From NCBI GenBank assembly GCA_050257835.1, contig JBLMXP010000035.1, forward strand, positions 1 through 40,277: a stretch of DNA of 40,277 nucleotides. The letters are read 5' to 3'. Below, in pieces: positions 35,151 through 40,277 of this stretch (the stretch's first letter is position 1; each line of letters opens with the position of its first letter). Source of the DNA: Planctomycetaceae bacterium (GTDB lineage Bacteria; Actinomycetota; UBA4738; HRBIN12). The notes under the pieces are model-generated. The model made no database searches, was not told the origin of the DNA, and worked only from the letters and a program-made list of their open reading frames with translations. A program made the position numbers and the translations under genes.

Positions 35151-35931
35151 TCGCGCGGAAGACCGCCACCCAGTCCCACACGTCGAGGTCGGCGGGCCGG
35201 GCGTCGACGTGCAGGCCGCGTTCGCGCGCGAGCCGCTTCCAGGTCATCGGCGGGAGGGCTCCTTGGAGCGAACGCCGGACCGGCCAGGAGCCCCGGTCGA
35301 ACGCGCGGCGCAAGGGTCCGAGGTAGGCGACGCGATCGGACGGCGCCAGCAGCGCGGGGCGGCGGCGGGTGATCACGAGCAGCCCGGCGTCGACCGAGGG
35401 TGGCGGCTCGAACCCCAGGCGGGGGATCCTCCGTGCCAGCGTCAGCTCCCACCACGGCTGCCAGCCGAGCGACAGGAGCGTCGACGGCACGACCGCGGCG
35501 CGCTTGCGCGCCGCCTCGAACTGCAGCAACAGGTCCGCCCGCTCGGGTCCGACGGCGACGTCGTCGAGCAACCTGCGCAGGATCGGCGCGGTCAGGCCGA
35601 ACGGGATGTTCCCGAACGCCCGCCACGGACGCTCGGGCACCGGCACCGAAGCGACGTCTGCCTCGACGATCCGCACGTGGTCGTGTCCGTCGAACGCGCG
35701 GCGGAGACGCTCGGCGAACGCGGGGTCGAGCTCGATCGCGGTCACGCGGCCGGCGCGCTCGGCGAGCGGTCGCGTCAGGCGCCCCGTGCCCGCGCCGAGC
35801 TCGACGACGTGGTCGGTGGGGCCGATGCCGGCGTCGCGTACGAGCTCGTCGGCGACGAGCCTGCTGCGCAGGAGGTGTTGGCCGTCAGGACGGGAGCCGG
35901 CGGCCCTCGGTGCGCGCGGATGCGCGCCCAC
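35104..35931 (-). CDS. rRNA adenine N6-methyltransferase family protein, Erm-like
   Basis: GQHLLRSRLVADELV..., SAM motif VVELGAGTGRLT, catalytic-loop FGNIPFGLTAPILRRLL, and ...LLLQFEAARKRA...FEPPPSVDAGLLVITRR. GTG 35931 is the only start upstream of the GQHLL motif. The 3' end overlaps larE convergently by 47 nt. Confidence 0.7.
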   Translation of the reverse strand: MGAHPRAPRAAGSRPDGQHLLRSRLVADELVRDAGIGPTDHVVELGAGTGRLTRPLAERAGRVTAIELDPAFAERLRRAFDGHDHVRIVEADVASVPVPERPWRAFGNIPFGLTAPILRRLLDDVAVGPERADLLLQFEAARKRAAVVPSTLLSLGWQPWWELTLARRIPRLGFEPPPSVDAGLLVITRRRPALLAPSDRVAYLGPLRRAFDRGSWPVRRSLQGALPPMTWKRLARERGLHVDARPADLDVWDWVAVFRAISERRGSGAGSGARA

Positions 35932-35956
35932 GGACCGTCACCATGAAGATGCCCAT
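35885..35956 (-). other. candidate 23-codon leader ORF (MGIFMVTVRGRASARTEGRRLPS) upstream of and overlapping the Erm-like start
   Basis: ATG at 35956-35954 is preceded by GAAGGG with a 9-nt spacer. Stop TGA at 35887-35885. It is out of frame with, and overlaps by 47 nt, the Erm-like ORF. It is too short to appear in the ORF track. Hypothesis only. Confidence 0.3.
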
Positions 35957-36030
35957 CGGATCGTGCCCTTCGAGAGCCGGAGTGGTGAAGGCTACACCGT
36001 CAACGGCGCACGAGCGCGACCGGCGCGGCG

Positions 36031-37317
36031 TTAGCCCGCGGCGAGCAGGCGGCCGACGGAGGCGGCGGCCGCGATCCCGCTGCCGACGGCGCCTTCGATC
36101 CAGCCGGCGCCTTCGCTCGCGATGTCCGAGCCGGCGAAGGCGACCCGGCCCTCGGGCTCACCGAGCGCCTCGAACGTGCCGTCGCTGAACCAGCCCGGCG
36201 GGATCGCGAGCCAGGTGCCCTTCGCGTAGGGGTCGCGCACCCAGTCGTGACCGTCCGTGGCGACGACGGTCGCGCCGGGCAGGTGCGCCCGCACCGCTCG
36301 GGCCATCGCGTCGTGGTCGGAGAGGTCGACGCGGTCCTGCGCCGAGAAGCCCATGAACAGCCGGCCGCCGTCGGGGGTCGGTTTCGTCACGAACCCGGCG
36401 TTGATCGGCGTGCCCCACGCCATCCCGAGGAAGGACGCCGGCGCGCCGCGCACGACCGCGAGCACCTTCGAGGCCTCGCCGACGTGGCGCTCGCCGGCGG
36501 CGCGCTGCTTCGGCGTGGCGAGCGGCGGGTCGAACGCGACGTCGGCCCAGACGTTGAGCGGCAGCGCGACGATCGCGGCGCTCGCCTCGAGCGGGGCTCC
36601 GTCGTCGAGGGTCACGCGAACCCCTTCGTCGTCGTGCTCGACGCGGCGGACCGCCGACCCGAACCTGACGTCGAGCCCCTCGGCCATCGCGTCGATCAGG
36701 CTCTTGGTGCCGTCGGCGAACAGCTCACCGGTCTCGAGGTACGCGTCGACCGGCCCGTAGTCGAGCTCGACCATGTCCCAGAGCAGCGGCAGGACCGAGC
36801 TCCGTTCGATCGTCGCACCGCCCATCGAGGCCATGAAGGCGCGCAGGTAGTCGGCGACCTCGTCGTCGGCCTCGAGCGCGTCGATCCAGGCGGCCGCCGT
36901 GACGTCGTGGGTCGCGAGCGCGCGACGGTCGCCGCCCTCGAAGGCGTCGGCGGTCTCGGCGAGCGCCGCCGTGAACCGCGAGCCGGCGAGCTTGGCGCGG
37001 ACGTCGTCGAGGGCCTCCTCGCCCTCGCGGCGCTCGGCCCCGCGGATCCACGCGATCTGCTCCGGCTCGCTCGGCGGCGACACCACGACGCCGTAGCGCT
37101 CGATCTCGCGGGCCAGGTGCGGCTGCGTGGCTCGTGAGAAGAACATGCCCCCGTACTCGACGTGGACCCCGGTGCCCGGCATCTCGCGGTACCAGGTGCG
37201 CCCGCCGATCCGGTCCCGCGCCTCCAGCACGATCGCGGTCCGTCCGGCGTCGCGGAGGTCGCGCGCCGCGGCGATCCCCGCGAATCCCGCCCCGAGCACG
37301 AGGACGTCGGCGTCCAT
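36031..37317 (-). CDS. flavin-containing amine oxidase (MAO/putrescine-oxidase-like)
   Basis: FAD dinucleotide motif DVLVLGAGFAGIAAARDL...VLEARDRIGGR and the C-terminal ...FAGSDIASEGAGWIEGAVGSG. Confidence 0.85.
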   Translation of the reverse strand: MDADVLVLGAGFAGIAAARDLRDAGRTAIVLEARDRIGGRTWYREMPGTGVHVEYGGMFFSRATQPHLAREIERYGVVVSPPSEPEQIAWIRGAERREGEEALDDVRAKLAGSRFTAALAETADAFEGGDRRALATHDVTAAAWIDALEADDEVADYLRAFMASMGGATIERSSVLPLLWDMVELDYGPVDAYLETGELFADGTKSLIDAMAEGLDVRFGSAVRRVEHDDEGVRVTLDDGAPLEASAAIVALPLNVWADVAFDPPLATPKQRAAGERHVGEASKVLAVVRGAPASFLGMAWGTPINAGFVTKPTPDGGRLFMGFSAQDRVDLSDHDAMARAVRAHLPGATVVATDGHDWVRDPYAKGTWLAIPPGWFSDGTFEALGEPEGRVAFAGSDIASEGAGWIEGAVGSGIAAAASVGRLLAAG

Positions 37318-37376
37318 AGGCGGCGGAGCCTAGCAGGGCCGCTCCGCCACCCGGTAGGCAAGGCGGGCCTGTGCGC

Positions 37377-37949
37377 TCAACCGGTGCGACCGGGTGGATC
37401 CTCGCCGGCGGCCAGCTCTCGGAGCACCACGACGCGGACGTCGTCGCCGGTGATGCCTCGGACGCCGAGGATCCGTGCCGCCGTCGAGCGGGCGTCACGA
37501 ACGAGCCCGAGCAGGAGGTGCTCGGTGCCCAGATACGCGTGGCCGAGATGCGCCGCCTCCCGGAGGGCGAGCTCGAGGGCCTTCTTGGCTGCGGGCTCGA
37601 ACCGCAACCTGCCTCGTGCGCTCCGTGCGCGACCCCCTTCCAGGGCTCCTGGTCCGAAGGTCGCCTCCACCGAGCGGCGGACCTCGTCGAGGTCGATCCC
37701 GAGGTTGCGGAGCGCCTCGGCCTCGTCGGGTCCGAAGCCGGAGCTGCCGGCCGCTCGGCGAACCGCGGCGAGGGTGTCGTCGAGCGTGACGCCGAGGGCG
37801 TCGAGAACGCGCGCGCCCACGCTCGTGGGCTCACGCAGGATCCCGAGGAGGAGATGCTCCGTGCCGATCGCCGCCGCGTCCAGCGCCCGAGCCTCCTCCT
37901 GCGCGAGGACCACGCTCGACCGTGCCTTCTCCGTGAATCGCTCGAACAC
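37377..37949 (-). CDS. stand-alone Clp N-terminal (Clp_N repeat) domain protein
   Basis: MFERFTEKARSSVVLAQEEARALDAAAIGTEHLLLGIL... and a second repeat ...ALREAAHLGHAYLGTEHLLLGLV. No AAA module. Confidence 0.85.
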   Translation of the reverse strand: MFERFTEKARSSVVLAQEEARALDAAAIGTEHLLLGILREPTSVGARVLDALGVTLDDTLAAVRRAAGSSGFGPDEAEALRNLGIDLDEVRRSVEATFGPGALEGGRARSARGRLRFEPAAKKALELALREAAHLGHAYLGTEHLLLGLVRDARSTAARILGVRGITGDDVRVVVLRELAAGEDPPGRTG

Positions 37950-37954
37950 CGCGT

Positions 37955-38185
37955 CTACCTCCTTCGGGCGCGCAGGCGCCGGTCCGCGTGCTTCTTGTGC
38001 ACGGCCTGGCGGCTCACCTTGAGCTCGTCCGCGATGTCCTGCCAGGACCAGCCCTGGTCGCGCGCGCTCTGCACCTGCAGCGTCTCGAGCTGCTCGAGCA
38101 GCTTGCGAAGGGCGACGACCGCGCGCAGCCCCTCCTCGGGATCGCGCCCGCTCGCGGCGGTCGCCAGCTTCGTCGCCTCGCTCAT
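37955..38185 (-). CDS. small helix-turn-helix protein (sigma-70 region-4-like)
   Basis: ...SARDQGWSWQDIADELKVSRQAVHKKH. ATG 38185 is preferred over the track's TTG 38194, because a consensus promoter places a -10 TAGATT 7 nt upstream of ATG 38185. It ends 5 nt before the Clp_N gene. Confidence 0.7.
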   Translation of the reverse strand: MSEATKLATAASGRDPEEGLRAVVALRKLLEQLETLQVQSARDQGWSWQDIADELKVSRQAVHKKHADRRLRARRR

Positions 38186-38188
38186 GCG

Positions 38189-38233
38189 TGTCAATCTACG
38201 TTGACATCATCGAGATGTCAACCTGCGTTGACG
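38189..38233 (-). promoter_or_regulatory. consensus promoter embedded in two copies of an 18-bp palindrome
   Basis: Plus strand: TGTCAA-TCTACG-TTGACA (38189-38206) and TGTCAA-CCTGCG-TTGAC (38216-38232). Read on the minus strand: -35 TTGACA (38221-38216), a 17-nt spacer, -10 TAGATT (38198-38193), 7 nt, then ATG 38185. Confidence 0.6.
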
Positions 38234-38241
38234 GCACCCAC

Positions 38242-39005
<764 letters not shown>

Positions 39006-39030
39006 TCACGACCGCGGATAGCATCCGTGG

Positions 39031-40277
39031 ATGGGGTACCCGGGCATCGGGTCGTGGATCGAGCGGCTGGCGGCGCGGTCGGGTGACGACGTGGCGCTCG
39101 TCGTCGGTGAGACCTCCTGGACGTTCGCCGCGTTGGCGGAGCGGACCCGCGCGCTCGCGGCGTGGCTGACGCGCGAGGGCGTGGCGCCCGGGGACAGGGT
39201 CGCGTTCCACGGTCGGAACGACCCCACGGCGCTCGTCTCGCTGTTCGCGACGACGGCGATCCGGGCGGTGTGGGTCCCCGTCCACCCCGCGAGGCCCGAG
39301 GACGAGGTCCGCGGGGTGCTCGAGGACGCCGACGCGCGGGTCGTCGTGCGCGCGTCGCCGGACACGCGTCCCGACGCACCCTCCCGAGTGCTGGAGGCAG
39401 GCGACGTGATGGATCTCTCGCCGGCGTCGGACGCACCGCGTGCGGGGGACCCCGAGCCCGACGACCTCGCGATCCTCGCGTATACGTCGGGCACGACGAG
39501 CGCCCCCAAGGGCGTGATGCTGAGCGAGGCCAACCTCCTGTGGAACGTCGCGCAGATGCTCGCCGCGTGCGGGTTCGGCCCCGCCGATGTGACCCTCGGC
39601 GCCGCCCCCTTCACGCGCATGGGTGGACTGGGTGTCACGGCGCTGCCCACCCTGTTCGCGGGCGGGACCGTCGTCGTGCCCGACGGCCCCGACGGGGCGT
39701 CGGCCCTGGAGGCGATCGAGCGACACTGGGTGAGCGTCGTGTTCGCCAACCCCGACCTGCTCGAGCAGATGGTCCGTGCTCCCGGCTGGCGCGGCGCCGA
39801 CCTGTCGAGCGTGCGCACGGGCGTGGTCGGCGGCGGGCTCGTGCCCGAGGCGCTGCTCCGGTCCTACCTCGACCGCGGCGTGCTGCTGCGACACGGATAC
39901 GGTCTCACCGAGGCCTCGCCGGTGGTCTCGCTCCTCGACGAGCGCGACGCGGTGACGAAGGCGCGCACGGTCGGCAAGCCCTTGCCCTTCGTACAGGTCC
40001 GCGTGGCGCGGCCGGATGCCGCGACGTGCGAGCCGGGCGAGGTCGGGGAGTGGTGGATCCGCGGGCCGAACGTCTGCGGCGGCTACTGGCGGCACCCTCG
40101 GATCCATGACGCGGAGGGGTGGTTCCCCACGGGGGATGTCGGATCCGTCGACGAGGACGGGTACCTGCGGTTCGTCGGCCGCGCCTCGTCGGCGATCACG
40201 GTCGGCGACACGGTCGTCTACCCGCCCGTGATCGAGGAGGCGCTCTACGGCGCCGCCGGGATCGTCGAGGCCGCCGC
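39031..40277 (+). CDS. AMP-dependent synthetase/ligase (acyl-CoA synthetase, FadD-like), 3' end outside the window
   Basis: This ORF is not in the track because it has no stop before the window edge. My own translation from ATG 39031 (in-frame TAG at 39019) gives MGYPGIGSWIERLAARSGDDVALVV... The AMP-binding motifs are AYTSGTTSAPKGVMLS (from 39478), HGYGLTE and WFPTGDVG. It is open to 40277. Confidence 0.85.
   Translation, partial: MGYPGIGSWIERLAARSGDDVALVVGETSWTFAALAERTRALAAWLTREGVAPGDRVAFHGRNDPTALVSLFATTAIRAVWVPVHPARPEDEVRGVLEDADARVVVRASPDTRPDAPSRVLEAGDVMDLSPASDAPRAGDPEPDDLAILAYTSGTTSAPKGVMLSEANLLWNVAQMLAACGFGPADVTLGAAPFTRMGGLGVTALPTLFAGGTVVVPDGPDGASALEAIERHWVSVVFANPDLLEQMVRAPGWRGADLSSVRTGVVGGGLVPEALLRSYLDRGVLLRHGYGLTEASPVVSLLDERDAVTKARTVGKPLPFVQVRVARPDAATCEPGEVGEWWIRGPNVCGGYWRHPRIHDAEGWFPTGDVGSVDEDGYLRFVGRASSAITVGDTVVYPPVIEEALYGAAGIVEAA

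Noticed and set aside
35104-35931. Calling the methyltransferase KsgA/RsmA (16S rRNA dimethyladenosine transferase).
   Set aside because: The motif flavour (GNIPF..T..ILRRLL, QFEAARKR, VITRR) and the absence of the usual ksgA neighbourhood favour an Erm-like enzyme. This remains unproven, so the call is 'Erm-like' at moderate confidence.
38186-38194. The track start (TTG 38194, MTRMSE...) for the small HTH protein, and similarly ATG 14395 for the PAC2 gene.
   Set aside because: The promoter geometry places the -10 hexamers (TAGATT 38193-38198 and TATGCT 14391-14396) over those codons. The downstream ATGs (38185 and 14383) sit at the leaderless distance instead.

Overview
This is a very high-GC chromosomal window, by eye about 70% GC or more, and looks Actinomycetota-like. 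It is densely packed with about 45 genes. There are no rRNA or tRNA genes, no CRISPR array and no recognisable transposase or integrase. Many long R/P/G/A-rich ORFs in the track are antisense artefacts of the GC content; I kept only frames with protein-like composition and recognisable motifs.

Main content, left to right:
- padR-ino1 operon.
- A leaderless operon of two NimA/PNPOx-like paralogs plus an MFS transporter.
- A small His-rich protein.
- A five-cistron, translationally coupled operon (9883->4860, minus strand). It encodes a secreted alpha/alpha-toroid protein, a membrane-anchored DUF4430-like protein and an ECF transporter (T, fused A-A', S-like). It is preceded by a cobalamin riboswitch that I read directly from the 300-nt leader.
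- Two paralogous giant proteins with a zinc ribbon, class III nucleotide cyclase, STAND/AAA ATPase and TPR.
- A PAC2 protein and an ABC-2 exporter.
- A CMD/GYD/GNAT/GyrI-like/MFS block.
- An orphan membrane protein with an 18-bp coding tandem repeat.
- A YtfJ-like/DUF5684 convergent pair.
- A TetR/SRPBCC/TetR unit with twin perfect palindromic operators.
- An XRE/nucleotidyltransferase pair.
- larB-larC-larE without larA.
- An Erm-like rRNA methyltransferase with a possible MGIF... leader peptide.
- An amine oxidase.
- An HTH/Clp_N pair with promoter-embedded palindromes.
- A decayed proline iminopeptidase pseudogene.
- A 3'-truncated acyl-CoA synthetase that is absent from the ORF track.

The best candidate for a new system is the B12-riboswitch-controlled 'split transcobalamin-like' surface capture pair feeding the ECF transporter.
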